DNA from: Fusobacteriota bacterium
Lineage (GTDB): Bacteria; Fusobacteriota; Fusobacteriia; JAPLKR01
Direction: 5' to 3'
NCBI GenBank assembly: GCA_026387965.1
Contig: JAPLKR010000116.1
Coordinates: forward strand, 1-47,504
DNA length: 47,504 nucleotides
Below the pieces are notes generated by a model. The model was given only the letters and a program-made list of their open reading frames with translations. It did no database searches and was not told the origin of the DNA. Shown piece after piece: positions 9,849 through 20,797 of this stretch; position 1 is the first letter of the stretch, and each line of letters starts with the position of its first letter. The position numbers were made by a program, and so were the translations under genes.

Positions 9849-11297
9849 ATGAAAGAGGAAATAGTGATGCGCGCGGAAGAGAGGAACAGTAAAATGATAT
9901 TTTCAAAATGGACTTGGTTATTTTTAATCATTTCATTTTTATGTCTCATTACCTTTTCTAGTGGGTTGAGTTTTGTTTTTTGCATCCCCTTGATTATAAG
10001 CGTTGCTATTAACTCTAAAGTTCATTGGTCAAATATATGTGAAGTGGTAGGTATTTTTGGCGCTTATCTTTTTGTCTTTTCTATTGCCATTGGTCAGCTA
10101 GGGTGGATATTTAAGGCTGAATGGTGTATGATGATGGCTTTGATTATTGGTGTGATTTTTTTCGGACGACAGCTGAATTGGGGCAATAGAAAGCTTACGC
10201 TATATTTTGTTTTTTTATGTGTAGTTATTAGCATCAGTACACTCTTAGCCCATTATAATGGGACAGGGAACTTTAAATATTTGTTTCAACTAAATATAAC
10301 TCTTTTTGTGCCTTGGATGATGATACAGTATATCAATTCTAAAATAAAATTTCGCTGGGCACTCTTTATAGTTTCAATTTCAGTTATTCTTTTTTTAGGA
10401 AGCGTATGGAAAGAGTTTTTAATTATGATGGTATCAAATCATAGTCACCATCTGTTTGAGCCTATTTCATATTTGTTAGGTATGAATTTGATTACCCTTG
10501 AGACAGCAACGTTTTCTACAATGATTTTTATCGTTTTCTTCTTACTTTTATGGCGAAGTAAAGATAAAAAAGTTCAACTTGGGTGGTCGATATGTACGCT
10601 ACTGGCTTTAGGAGTGATGGTGCTGTCAAGTGAGAGAATTACCTTTGTAAGTGGGCTTATTGGTGTGATATTGGTCTTGTTGTTTTACTTCGATTTACGA
10701 AAGACCTTAAAATTTATCGGAATAATAGTGGTGTGTCTGATAATACTGTTTGCATTTCATGGTAAAGTACATACACTTTCAAAATACACCAGTAGAATTT
10801 CAACAATCACTTCAATGAATAATTCTTCAAACGATGGGAGATTCGTCATGTGGCAAGCGGGTATATTGAGTGTTAAGGCACATCCGATTTATGGTGTCGG
10901 CTATTGGAATGTATATGATATGATTCGTAGTTATATTATTCGAAATCCAGATAATCCGATTATCAAAAAAAATACCTGGGCTTTTAATCAAGAAATACCT
11001 GGGAGACCTTGGATACATGTACATAACACGTATTTAGAGATGTTTGTCACCACGGGAATTTTTGGTATTTTATACTTCATCTTATTTTTAGGTATTGTAC
11101 CGGTATATCTCTATAAACTGTTTCGACGTGATGGAAAAAATCTTTTGCTAGTAGGATTAACACTTCTTTTTATCGCTTATTATATTGCTGGGTTAACAGA
11201 TGAGGTATTTATGGTGTGGCCTCTTTTAAAAGATAGTTATTTATTGCTGCTTTTTGCGGTGATGTATATAGACAGAGTAGGAAAAAGAGAGGAATAA
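9849..11297 (+). CDS. waaL: O-antigen ligase family (Wzy_C) membrane protein
   Basis: Many TM segments; SxxR, R..MW, HPIYGVG, HNTYLE motifs. Confidence 0.8.
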   Translation: MKEEIVMRAEERNSKMIFSKWTWLFLIISFLCLITFSSGLSFVFCIPLIISVAINSKVHWSNICEVVGIFGAYLFVFSIAIGQLGWIFKAEWCMMMALIIGVIFFGRQLNWGNRKLTLYFVFLCVVISISTLLAHYNGTGNFKYLFQLNITLFVPWMMIQYINSKIKFRWALFIVSISVILFLGSVWKEFLIMMVSNHSHHLFEPISYLLGMNLITLETATFSTMIFIVFFLLLWRSKDKKVQLGWSICTLLALGVMVLSSERITFVSGLIGVILVLLFYFDLRKTLKFIGIIVVCLIILFAFHGKVHTLSKYTSRISTITSMNNSSNDGRFVMWQAGILSVKAHPIYGVGYWNVYDMIRSYIIRNPDNPIIKKNTWAFNQEIPGRPWIHVHNTYLEMFVTTGIFGILYFILFLGIVPVYLYKLFRRDGKNLLLVGLTLLFIAYYIAGLTDEVFMVWPLLKDSYLLLLFAVMYIDRVGKREE

Positions 11298-11301
11298 TGA
11301 G

Positions 11302-12420
11302 ATGAAAAATCAGTATAAATCTTTTTTTCATAAATGGAAAGAGCAGAAAAAAGAGAGAAAACTTGAAAAACTATGCATGGAATATGATGTGAAAAAGGTT
11401 CAAGTGGATGTGGAGACAGTTTTAAAAAATATCAAGTCGATACTTTTTTTGCGTGATGACAATAAGATTGGTGATATGGTCATTAGCACCTATATGTACC
11501 ATGAGATTAAAAAGCAAGCACCTTATATTTGCATTGATGTATTAGCAGGAACGAATAGTTGCAAAGTGTTAGAGGGAAGCCCCGATGTGAATAACGTGCA
11601 TATCGTTGATTATAAAGATGAGACAGGTAAAGAGAGCTTGATAAAGGAGCTTAAAGCCAATAATTATGATATCGTTGTTGATTTTGCTGATGTGATGAGT
11701 ATGAGAACCCTTGAAATCATTTCTAAAATTGAAGCAAAGGTTAATGTGGGTTTTTGTCGAGGAGAGTATAAGCTTTTTGATGTATCTTTTACCGAAAAGG
11801 AGTTGGATGTACACATTACTGAGCGATATTCTCAGTTTATTGAGTATATTGGACTTTCTAAAAGTAATGTTATTGAATACCATTATTATGGTAAAGAGGT
11901 TTACGATTTAACACTTTTTGAAAAAGGTAAAAAGAGTATTGTTATAAACCTTTTTGGCGCAAGTAAACATAGAACTTTTTCGGGTAAGTCAGCGGTAAAT
12001 TTAATGAAGCTATTGTTAGAAAAAAACAATGTGAGCATCATTGTTTTAACGCCAAAAAAATATCAAGATTTTGTAGATAAAATTATCAGAAAAGTATCGA
12101 ACGGCGATGTTAAAGCCGTGCTTACTACGGAGATAACGGATGTTTTTGGAATTATTAAGAGAGCGGATGTAGTGATATCTCCAGATACTTCGATTGTTCA
12201 CATTGCCAATCTTTATAAAAAGCCATTAGTAGCATTATACCGCCAAAGTTGTGCAGCAAAGTGTTGGGGGCCGATTTATAAACACGATAAAATTTTAATA
12301 GCCCCAGGAAAAACAGATGATATTAATGCTATTTCGATGAGGGATGTGGTGTTTGCCACAGATGACTTCGAGATGCATGGTCGCGCAACAAACTTAGCTA
12401 CTACGAATAAAAGTATATAA
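11302..12420 (+). CDS. GT9 glycosyltransferase
   Basis: DNKIGDM, INLFGA, SPDTSIVHIA. Confidence 0.88.
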   Translation: MKNQYKSFFHKWKEQKKERKLEKLCMEYDVKKVQVDVETVLKNIKSILFLRDDNKIGDMVISTYMYHEIKKQAPYICIDVLAGTNSCKVLEGSPDVNNVHIVDYKDETGKESLIKELKANNYDIVVDFADVMSMRTLEIISKIEAKVNVGFCRGEYKLFDVSFTEKELDVHITERYSQFIEYIGLSKSNVIEYHYYGKEVYDLTLFEKGKKSIVINLFGASKHRTFSGKSAVNLMKLLLEKNNVSIIVLTPKKYQDFVDKIIRKVSNGDVKAVLTTEITDVFGIIKRADVVISPDTSIVHIANLYKKPLVALYRQSCAAKCWGPIYKHDKILIAPGKTDDINAISMRDVVFATDDFEMHGRATNLATTNKSI

Positions 12421-12644
12421 AAACATATATGAGCGATAGTTTGTAAATCAATAAAAAATGAATAACATCACTTGTATATCAAGAATATCTCAGGAAACTT
12501 CTGAAAAGAAATTGATTTGATAGAAGATTTAGTGATAATAATCGTGCTTTTAATAGAGAGAGATGTATCATCTTCAAAATATTGAAATGTCTATGATTCA
12601 TAGTGACTGCATGAGTGAAATGACTTGAAAGGAAGTATACCGAG

Positions 12645-13742
12645 ATGGGGAAACCTAAATTATTAAAAGCTGGGTATTGGAAAGAGCAATTATACCAGAA
12701 TTCTTTTAAGAAATTTGAAAGAAACAGAAATGAAATAGTTGAAACGCACTCGAGTGATATTTTAGTCGTTGTTGGTGGAGGACTTGGTGATACCATCATG
12801 CAGCTGCCTGTAGTCTTAGAGCTTATGAAGAATTATAAGCAGGGTAAAGTCTATGTGACTATGCAGCCGCGTTTTACCCCACATTATCATAAGATGGGAA
12901 TTGAGACACTTGATTATACGTTAAGTAATAATATGATAAAAAGAATTAAAGTAAATAAAGTTTTTTTGGAAAAAGTATATAAGAAAACATTTAAGTATGC
13001 GCTTCATTTGGGTGGGCATTCAGACTTTCTGAGAATTATTAATTTAGATAAATTTATTAGCGCTGAACGCTGGATTGGTTCAGGAGCTCCACTCATTGAT
13101 TTAAGTGAGGAGCTACAAAAGAAAACAGTGCAAATCGATGAAAAAAGTATATTAGGGGATTTTAGAAAGTATTTGTTTGAAGTATTTCAAGATGAAAAAT
13201 ACTTATCTGATTTTCAATTTACTATTGAGTGGCCAGAAAAGGAAGAAAACAGTCAAGAAAAATATGTTGTTATTGGGGTGGGGTCATCGGACAGAACTCA
13301 TATACTTGAAGTGAGTAAATTGAGCGAATTTTTGAATATTTTACTTGAGAGAGTTCCGAAGTATCAAGTCTTACTGCTTGGCGCGGGTGAAGAACAAGAA
13401 AAATATGCCGATAGAGTTCTTGAGGCGTTGCAGAATAAAAATGTTGTAAATCTCGTCAATAAGTCTTCACTTTTGAATACGTTTAGATTAATTAATGGAG
13501 CTGAATTTTTCATTGGAATGGATTCAGGACTTTATAACATTGCGGCTATTATCGGGAGGCCAACAATTGGATTTTTTTCACAAGAGTCTAAGTATGAGCA
13601 TAAAGAGCTGAGCAGTGTGCGAACTCTTATAGGCAATGAGGGAGAATCAGAAGAAAAATATGAGTATGGAATAACTCGCTTAAATAGTATTAGTTGTGAT
13701 CAATTTATTAAAAGCTGTAAAGAATTGAATATATTCAAATAA
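12645..13742 (+). CDS. Divergent GT9 glycosyltransferase
   Basis: GGGLGD, IGVGSS, NLVNK, GMDSGLYNIA. Confidence 0.8.
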   Translation: MGKPKLLKAGYWKEQLYQNSFKKFERNRNEIVETHSSDILVVVGGGLGDTIMQLPVVLELMKNYKQGKVYVTMQPRFTPHYHKMGIETLDYTLSNNMIKRIKVNKVFLEKVYKKTFKYALHLGGHSDFLRIINLDKFISAERWIGSGAPLIDLSEELQKKTVQIDEKSILGDFRKYLFEVFQDEKYLSDFQFTIEWPEKEENSQEKYVVIGVGSSDRTHILEVSKLSEFLNILLERVPKYQVLLLGAGEEQEKYADRVLEALQNKNVVNLVNKSSLLNTFRLINGAEFFIGMDSGLYNIAAIIGRPTIGFFSQESKYEHKELSSVRTLIGNEGESEEKYEYGITRLNSISCDQFIKSCKELNIFK

Positions 13743-13754
13743 AGGCGGCGAATT

Positions 13755-14813
13755 ATGTCGAGACCAAAGTGGTTAAAAAGCAGTTTCGTAAAAAACAAAT
13801 TATATGAACTATTTTTGATGGATTATTATATAAAAGCAAAGAATATTAAAAAAGCTGATTCGAATGCAATTTTGATTGTTTTAGGTGGAGGACTTGGAGA
13901 TACGTTAGTCCATTATCCCGCTGTAAAATATATAATCGCTCATTATACATGCGGTAAAGTTTTGGTTGCAACAGAAGATAAGTGGATAAGTCACTATGAG
14001 GTTCTTAACTTAAAAACAGTTTTCTATACCTATACCAATAATTTATTTAAAAGATTAAGTATAAATAGGAAATTTTTTAAAGAAGTAAATCGCTTTAAGC
14101 CACAGCGCGTGATCTATTTCCATGCTTACAAGCAGCTTCATAAGTTTATTGGATGTGAAAGTGCGATTGCAGGAGGGTATATTTCAAAAAATGAGATAGA
14201 TAAAAAAACGCGATATTTCAAGCAAGATAAACTGGTGCTGGATTTGATGTATGAATACCTTTTTGAGCTTTTTAATCGAAAGAATATTGTTATTGATTTT
14301 TCGATACATTGGCCTTATAGGAATAAAGAATATTCTAATATTATTTGTTTTGGAGTGGGAGCGGCAGGTGCTCATAAAATGATGGAAGTAGAAAAGAGTG
14401 TTGAGATTATAAAGTATCTTAGCAAACACTTTCCCGATAAAATTATTATATTAATGGGTTCAGGTGAAAGGCAAGAAAGATATGCTAATCGAATTCTTGA
14501 GATGATAGATAATGATAGCGTGAAGTCGACCATAAATGCGTTTTCAATTGTTGAAAGTTTTACAGTTATCAACAGTTGTTACATTTATTTTGGGCCAGAC
14601 TCGGCACTCTATAATGCGGCGGCATTATTTGGCAGACCGACGGTGGTATTTTTTCCTTATGAAAAACAGCCTTTTGAGCATGCACTTCCTAATGTCGCAC
14701 ATGTTAAAGGCGATGGGAATATTACTCACGAGAAGTTTGAATTCGGCACAAAACTATTAAATAGTATTACGATAGAAGATATTGAAAATAAGTTGATAGA
14801 ATTGAAATTGTAG
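13755..14813 (+). CDS. Divergent GT9 glycosyltransferase, paralogue of 12645-13742
   Basis: GGGLGD, FGVGA, GPDSALYNAA; similar N- and C-termini to the upstream gene. Confidence 0.8.
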   Translation: MSRPKWLKSSFVKNKLYELFLMDYYIKAKNIKKADSNAILIVLGGGLGDTLVHYPAVKYIIAHYTCGKVLVATEDKWISHYEVLNLKTVFYTYTNNLFKRLSINRKFFKEVNRFKPQRVIYFHAYKQLHKFIGCESAIAGGYISKNEIDKKTRYFKQDKLVLDLMYEYLFELFNRKNIVIDFSIHWPYRNKEYSNIICFGVGAAGAHKMMEVEKSVEIIKYLSKHFPDKIIILMGSGERQERYANRILEMIDNDSVKSTINAFSIVESFTVINSCYIYFGPDSALYNAAALFGRPTVVFFPYEKQPFEHALPNVAHVKGDGNITHEKFEFGTKLLNSITIEDIENKLIELKL

Positions 14814-14843
14814 TTGAAGAAAAAGTATGTAAATGAGGAATAA

Positions 14844-16028
14844 ATGGAAAATAAGAAAAAAGTGATTTTCTCAAGCGGCAGTCTTAGAATGGGCGGGCTA
14901 GAACGTGTATTGATAGAGGTGTTGCAAAATATTGATAAAAAGAGTATGCAAATTCAATTGGTTATTAATGATAATGCAGGAGATGAAAATATTTTTAAAA
15001 AAGATATCCCTAGCGAGATACCTATTCATTTTTTGATTGACCAAGAGTATTTTGAATTCGGAGAAAAACTGAAGTATAGTAAAAAAAATTTTTTTGATAA
15101 AATAAAATATAATAGTTATCTCTCTGAAAGTCGAAATAAAAGTGAAAGAGCTTTTTTAAAGTATATGAAAGATCATCAAGAAGTAGAAGTAATAGTGGAT
15201 TTTGATGGTGGTCTTTCAAGGTATATAGAAAAAATAAATGGTGTTAAAAAGATATTGTGGCTTCATAACTCGCCTTCTAAACTTTTGAAAAAATCTTCAA
15301 AAATCAGACGATTTGGAAAAAGACTGAAAAAGTATGATAGGATAGTTGCAATATGCGACGATATGAAAAATGAAGTTATTGAATTATTTCCACATTTAAA
15401 GGAGAGAGTCATCCGCATATACAATCCATTTAATTTTGAAAGAATCAGAAAATTAGCCGAGGATGATAGTTCTTTGAACACTGAAGAAAAAGGCTTAATA
15501 GAACACGAGTATTGTTTGGCTGTATCACGACTAGATACGGTTCAAAAGGATTACGACACGTTGCTTAAAGCGTTTTCTGAATTTAAGAAAAATTCAAAGA
15601 GTCATTTGAAACTTTATATCTGTGGAGATGGCCCATCAAGAGCTGAAATCGAAAAGATGATAGAAGAGTTGAAATTAGCGCAAGAAGTAATTTTGTTAGG
15701 TCAACAGAAAAATCCTTATATATGGATGAAACAGTGTCAGTTTTTTGTACACTCCTCAAAATATGAGGGGTTACCGACAGTATTAATTGAGGCGATGGTT
15801 CTTGGAAAAACCGTTATATCTTCGAATTGCCCGACAGGACCAAGAGAAATACTGGATAATGGAAATATGGGGTATTTATTTGATGTAGGCGGAATTGAAG
15901 TATTGGCGCGCATATTTTTTGAACTCGAAAATGGAAAACATTCATCAGATGAAATTTTGAAGTATATCAATAAATTTTCCACAAGATATATTATGCTAGA
16001 ATATCAAGAGTTAGTAAAACGCATATAA
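14844..16028 (+). CDS. GT4 glycosyltransferase
   Basis: GGLERV, IYNP, RL..QK, EGLPTVLIEA, CPTGPREIL. Confidence 0.92.
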   Translation: MENKKKVIFSSGSLRMGGLERVLIEVLQNIDKKSMQIQLVINDNAGDENIFKKDIPSEIPIHFLIDQEYFEFGEKLKYSKKNFFDKIKYNSYLSESRNKSERAFLKYMKDHQEVEVIVDFDGGLSRYIEKINGVKKILWLHNSPSKLLKKSSKIRRFGKRLKKYDRIVAICDDMKNEVIELFPHLKERVIRIYNPFNFERIRKLAEDDSSLNTEEKGLIEHEYCLAVSRLDTVQKDYDTLLKAFSEFKKNSKSHLKLYICGDGPSRAEIEKMIEELKLAQEVILLGQQKNPYIWMKQCQFFVHSSKYEGLPTVLIEAMVLGKTVISSNCPTGPREILDNGNMGYLFDVGGIEVLARIFFELENGKHSSDEILKYINKFSTRYIMLEYQELVKRI

Positions 16029-16116
16029 TATTTAATTTAAATTTGATCAAGCAATTTAAACATAATAGATATCTTTTAAAGTTGTACTTAAAGATTGTAA
16101 TGAGTAAGTTGGAGGC

Positions 16117-17205
16117 ATGAGTTTGAAGACGAGTGAGATAAAAAGATGGGTTAAATATTTCAAAGTGAAACAAAGAAGTAATAAGTATGAAAACAAAAGT
16201 AGCAATAGAGTTTTATTAACGATGACAGATGGTTTAGGCGACCTGGTTTCGAGATGGACTTTAATGGAGAAAATTATTAAAGTAGAACAGAAGCAAGGCA
16301 ATGAAGTATATATATTAATTAAAGAACGAGTCGGAGAAATCTATAGTTTTTTTGATACCAACAATACTGTAGTTCTATTTGATAGAATAGAAAATGAAAA
16401 AAATAGCAACAAATTGGTTGAAGAGTTAAATGAGTTGAATTCACTTGGGTTTAATAAGATTTATTATTTGGAATTTGGTGGAAACAATAGGTTTTTAAGA
16501 CTTATTCAGGCTAAAGAAAAAATTGCTTTTTTTAATTATTCACACAAACAGATGAATATTGGTATTACAAGGTTAGTAAATGTTTTTCCTAAAAAAAACA
16601 TTTACTTTGATGTTCAAAATTATTATTATGAATTATTTAAAGAGTGTATAAGTATTGAAGAGTTAAGCGCTCCGCTCTTTAAATCCGCCAATATAGAGTT
16701 GAATGATAAGCTTAAAATTTCAATTGGTGTAGGTGCAAATTATATTGGTAGAATGGCTAGTCCAGAAAAACTTTTGAAAATTATCGAGAAAATTTATGTG
16801 ACATATCCAAACATTGAAATCACTCTAATTGGGAAAGGTCAGTTTGAACAGGACTATGCAAAGAGAATTATGAATAATATTGACAAAAATATTAATATTG
16901 AAGATAGAGTTAGCTTATTAGATACTAAAAGTATTATAGGCACATTATTGACAACTGATATATATATTGGATATGATTCTGGAATATATAATTTGGCATT
17001 TAGATTAGGAGTTTTCTGTATTTGTTTGGCGGGAGGAATGCATGATAGGTATGAACACGATACCATTTCAAAACGTGTAATAGTAATAAAAGGTAAAGAT
17101 AAAGTTAGTCACAAGAAAAATCCATATCATCCATTTCATGCACTATTAGAGGAAGTTGATGAATCATTGATAGTTGAAGCTATAAATATGTTGTTAAGAG
17201 AGTAG
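16117..17205 (+). CDS. Divergent GT9 glycosyltransferase
   Basis: DGLGD, IGVGA, GYDSGIYNLA. Confidence 0.75.
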   Translation: MSLKTSEIKRWVKYFKVKQRSNKYENKSSNRVLLTMTDGLGDLVSRWTLMEKIIKVEQKQGNEVYILIKERVGEIYSFFDTNNTVVLFDRIENEKNSNKLVEELNELNSLGFNKIYYLEFGGNNRFLRLIQAKEKIAFFNYSHKQMNIGITRLVNVFPKKNIYFDVQNYYYELFKECISIEELSAPLFKSANIELNDKLKISIGVGANYIGRMASPEKLLKIIEKIYVTYPNIEITLIGKGQFEQDYAKRIMNNIDKNINIEDRVSLLDTKSIIGTLLTTDIYIGYDSGIYNLAFRLGVFCICLAGGMHDRYEHDTISKRVIVIKGKDKVSHKKNPYHPFHALLEEVDESLIVEAINMLLRE

Positions 17206-17224
17206 TGAAGTTTTGGGAGGATAG

Positions 17225-18634
17225 ATGAAAGGAAAATTTCGTGAAATATTAAGGGATAAACTAATAATATCCTTTGTTTTATTAGCTCTAATTTTTGGGG
17301 TAGTTTGGATTTTTCTTGTACCTCCTTTACAAGCTGCAGATGAAGATACGCATTTTTATAGTGCGGTGGCAATAGCTCACGGGGAGTTTGTTCCTGAAAA
17401 GATTAACAATTTATTTGTTTCGAAAATTCCTAAAGGAGTTGGGAATCTTGAGAATGCTTATTTTCCTATGGAAGGAAACATCGAACTGAAAACAAAGGAT
17501 GTCAGTGTTACAAATGAAGAATTAAGCGAGACACAAAGAGTGAATATAAATTTCAGAACAATAACAGCAATACCAATTGATTATGTTCCACAATCGTTAG
17601 GTATATTTGTTGCTTCACTTTTTACTCAATCAGCTTGGATATGGTCGATTTTTGGACGATTATTTGATTTAGGGGTATTTATTATTGTTGGAACAATCGC
17701 TTTGAGGCGAACCCCCATACTAAAACGAACCCTGTTTTTGATTTTATTGATGCCGATGACATTAGCACAAGCAGCTTCATGTTCTTATGATGTTACTGTT
17801 ATAAGCTGTTCAGTGTTAGCATTTTCGTATCTTTCTTCATTTTTAAATGGGAAAAAAATAGCGAAAAAGGATTATTATCTATTTTCTATCTTAGGAATAT
17901 TCCTTTTGAATTTAAAAATAATATATTTTCCATTTCTTTTGATTCCGCTTTTTTTATCAAAAAAAGTTATTGGTACTTTTAAAGCTAGAGTAATTTATTT
18001 ATTAATTTTAGTGTTTCCAGCTTATATTGTTCAAAAAATGTGGACAAAGATTATTGAAAGTGTTCCAAATAAAATATTAACCACAGGAAAAGTTACTAAT
18101 TACATTATTAATGTGGTCACAGTTCCAAGTTCCCCCTATACACAACATGAGCGCTTGATATACTTAATACTTCATCCTGAAGCGTTTATTTCAATAGTGT
18201 TTTATACTATAAGACATGAATTTAGCTATTATATTGTTGGATTTGTGGGCAATTTAGGATTTATGGATACGCCTTTATGTATTACAGAAGTTAAGATATT
18301 TTTGATTATATTATTGGTTGTAGCTGTTAGTGAACAAAATATTCTTGGAAAAAAAGTGTGGATTTTATTTATGGCAGCAGTAGTGTCAATTTTTTTATTA
18401 TTTTGGGGATTTGCATCAATATTTGTCGCAAATCTTACCATAAAAGATATTTTTTTTGAAGGGATACAAGGAAGATATTTTATTCCAATTGCACCATTTT
18501 TATTTGCACCATTAAGTTTAATAAAGTATAAGTTGCCAATAAGTTCTAAAAAATCGGATTATTTTTGTATAATTATTTCTTTATTAATGTTGCTCTATGC
18601 TACAGCAGTTATAATTGAAAGATTTTACATCTAA
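17225..18634 (+). CDS. DUF2142-type polytopic membrane protein (putative GT-C glycosyltransferase)
   Basis: PPLQAADEDTHF after TM1, YVPQSLG, SCSYD, GIQGRYFIP. Confidence 0.8.
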   Translation: MKGKFREILRDKLIISFVLLALIFGVVWIFLVPPLQAADEDTHFYSAVAIAHGEFVPEKINNLFVSKIPKGVGNLENAYFPMEGNIELKTKDVSVTNEELSETQRVNINFRTITAIPIDYVPQSLGIFVASLFTQSAWIWSIFGRLFDLGVFIIVGTIALRRTPILKRTLFLILLMPMTLAQAASCSYDVTVISCSVLAFSYLSSFLNGKKIAKKDYYLFSILGIFLLNLKIIYFPFLLIPLFLSKKVIGTFKARVIYLLILVFPAYIVQKMWTKIIESVPNKILTTGKVTNYIINVVTVPSSPYTQHERLIYLILHPEAFISIVFYTIRHEFSYYIVGFVGNLGFMDTPLCITEVKIFLIILLVVAVSEQNILGKKVWILFMAAVVSIFLLFWGFASIFVANLTIKDIFFEGIQGRYFIPIAPFLFAPLSLIKYKLPISSKKSDYFCIIISLLMLLYATAVIIERFYI

Positions 18635-18662
18635 AATCAAACTATATTGTGGACAAATTTTC

Positions 18663-18691
18663 TTGATTAAAGTTCGTCAAAGTGGTATAAT
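18663..18691 (+). promoter_or_regulatory. Internal sigma70-type promoter
   Basis: TTGATT-17 bp-TATAAT with TGn extension. Confidence 0.65.
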
Positions 18692-18764
18692 GAATTGTTT
18701 TAGAATCATTAATATTACGGATATGGGAGGTTCGCTTAGAAGTATTGGCGAACAGTTGAAGAAA

Positions 18765-19463
18765 ATGAAAAAAATATTGGTAATTATACCTGCATTCAAT
18801 GAAGAAAATGGTATTATTGGTATAGTTAAGGAAGTGGAGAGTCTTGGGTTTGATTATGTTGTAATTAATGATCATTCAAAGGATCAAACTTTAGATATTC
18901 TGAAAAGAAATAAAATAGAATATCTTAACAATCCTATCAATCTTGGTATTGGTGGAACGATACAGACGGGGTACATTTATGCTTTTGAAAAAGGGTATGA
19001 GTATGCTGTTCAAATAGATGGTGATGGTCAACACAAACCAGAATATATTGTTGAAATGTTAAATTATATGAAAGAGAGTCAGTGTGATATGGTCATTGGC
19101 TCTCGTTTTATTACAAAAGAGGGGTTTCAATCTACCTACCTACGCAGGAAGGGGATCAAGTATCTCTCTTTTCTTATTAGAATTCTTACCAAGCGTCATA
19201 TTACTGACCCTACAAGTGGATTTAGACTAGTTAATCGCAAAATTATGGAGTGTTTTATGCACGACTATCCAAGAGATTATCCAGAGCCCGAAACGGCTGT
19301 GGCTGTACTAAAAAAAGGGTATAAGATTGGGGATATTCCCGTGGTGATGCTAGAGCGTGAGTATGGAAAATCTTCCATTAATTTTCAAAGAAGTGTCTAT
19401 TATTTTGTAAAGGTGAGCTTAGCAATACTGTTTGCGGCTTGGAGTTATCGTGAGGAGGAGTAG
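18765..19463 (+). CDS. GT2 DPM1-like polyprenyl-phosphate sugar synthase
   Basis: IIPAFNEE, INDHSKD, NLGIGG, DGDGQH, IGSRF, DPTSGFR; start moved downstream of the promoter. Confidence 0.88.
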   Translation: MKKILVIIPAFNEENGIIGIVKEVESLGFDYVVINDHSKDQTLDILKRNKIEYLNNPINLGIGGTIQTGYIYAFEKGYEYAVQIDGDGQHKPEYIVEMLNYMKESQCDMVIGSRFITKEGFQSTYLRRKGIKYLSFLIRILTKRHITDPTSGFRLVNRKIMECFMHDYPRDYPEPETAVAVLKKGYKIGDIPVVMLEREYGKSSINFQRSVYYFVKVSLAILFAAWSYREEE

Positions 19464-19466
19464 AGA

Positions 19467-19835
19467 ATGACCGTGCATTTAAGAATGATATTGATTATTT
19501 TAACCATCATTGCGGCTTGGATTTTTAGTGTTAATGTAAAGCATAAGAAATTAGAACTCAAATATACTTTGATGTGGTTTGGAGAATTTGTGATTCTCGT
19601 GATTGTTCTGATATTTCCTGAAATATTTCAATATTGTGGGTATATTTTAGGGATTAGAACGGTGATGAATACTGTGTACTTCTTAGGTTTTTTAATGCTT
19701 TTTGTTATTGCCTTTATTGCTACGGTTGCGCTTTCAAGAAATAGTGTACGGGTAAAACTTTTGGCCCAAAAAGTGACGCTACTTGAAAAAGAGATTCGAG
19801 AGGTAAAGCAAGGTAAAAGTAAGGGGTGTGAGTAG
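19467..19835 (+). CDS. DUF2304-type small membrane protein
   Basis: Three TM helices, LMW, FP, LGI, C-terminal coiled coil; directly follows a DPM1-like GT2. Confidence 0.8.
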   Translation: MTVHLRMILIILTIIAAWIFSVNVKHKKLELKYTLMWFGEFVILVIVLIFPEIFQYCGYILGIRTVMNTVYFLGFLMLFVIAFIATVALSRNSVRVKLLAQKVTLLEKEIREVKQGKSKGCE

Positions 19836-19843
19836 GAGGAGTT

Positions 19844-20629
19844 TTGTTGAAGCATTGTTTTGTTATCATAGCTTATAAGGATTCACCCTATTTAGAGAGG
19901 TGTATACTTTCTCTCATAAATCAAAAATACAAAAGTGAGATTGTTATCACGACGTCAACGCCAAGTCGATATATTGAGAATTTATCTTCAAAATATCATT
20001 TGCCACTCTTTGTAAGAGAGGGCGTTCCTAACATTCAAGATGATTGGAATTTTGGATTCTCTATGGCTCAATGTGATTTTGTGACACTAGCACATCAAGA
20101 TGATGTATATCTAGAAGATTTCAGTCGGCGTATCAACGAGCGAATAACTCAAAAAAGCATTCTTTTATTTACGGACTACCAAGAGGTTAAGGGTGAAGTC
20201 ATTTTAGAAAATGCGCTTAATCTTAAAATCAAAAAATGGATGCTGCTTGGATTTAGAGTAAAACTATTTTCAAAAAACAAAATTTTTAGAAGGTGGATTT
20301 TAGCGTTTGGGTCTCCTATTTGTTGCCCTTCTGTGACGTATAATCTGAACCTGTTGGGAAGAGAGATATTTACTTCACAGTACAAGTGTAATTTAGATTG
20401 GGACACATGGGTGAAGTGTTCGAAATTAAAAGGAAATTATGAGTATATTCCAAAGACTTTGATGTATCATCAGATTCATGAGGAATCAGAGACGAGCCAT
20501 CTGATAAAAGAAAATATACGGCAGAGTGAGGACTATGAAATGTTCAAAAAGTTTTGGCCGAAGTTTATTGCTCGAAAACTTGTTAAAGTGTATGCAAAAA
20601 GTCTGGAGAGTAATGAAGTAGAGTTGTAG
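19844..20629 (+). CDS. GT2 glycosyltransferase
   Basis: AYKDSPYL, DWNF, AHQDD, CCPSV, LDW; TTG start behind GGAG. Confidence 0.88.
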   Translation: MLKHCFVIIAYKDSPYLERCILSLINQKYKSEIVITTSTPSRYIENLSSKYHLPLFVREGVPNIQDDWNFGFSMAQCDFVTLAHQDDVYLEDFSRRINERITQKSILLFTDYQEVKGEVILENALNLKIKKWMLLGFRVKLFSKNKIFRRWILAFGSPICCPSVTYNLNLLGREIFTSQYKCNLDWDTWVKCSKLKGNYEYIPKTLMYHQIHEESETSHLIKENIRQSEDYEMFKKFWPKFIARKLVKVYAKSLESNEVEL

Positions 20630-20656
20630 GGTTTAGATATCAATTGTAATGGGTGT

Positions 20657-20754
20657 AGATTCTGCTACTTCGAGCAGAATGACAGAATGAGGAAATTCAA
20701 TTTTGAGGTGAAGTGATAAAAAGAGGAGATTTCTCCATTTCAGTCGAAATGACA
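20657..20754 (+). repeat. Two tandem AGAT-hairpin-ATGAC palindromic units
   Basis: AGATTCTGC-tacttcga-GCAGAATGACA (20657-20684) and AGATTTCTCCATTTCAGTCGAAATGACA (20727-20754); the second recurs inverted at 44344-44371. Confidence 0.75.
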
Positions 20755-20797
20755 GAAGGAATAAATTTGATGTAATATTACAGATAAAGAGGATAGA

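Noticed and set aside
12421-12644. 224-bp gap as a gene remnant or repeat
   Set aside because: No match to the repeat families and no convincing protein motif
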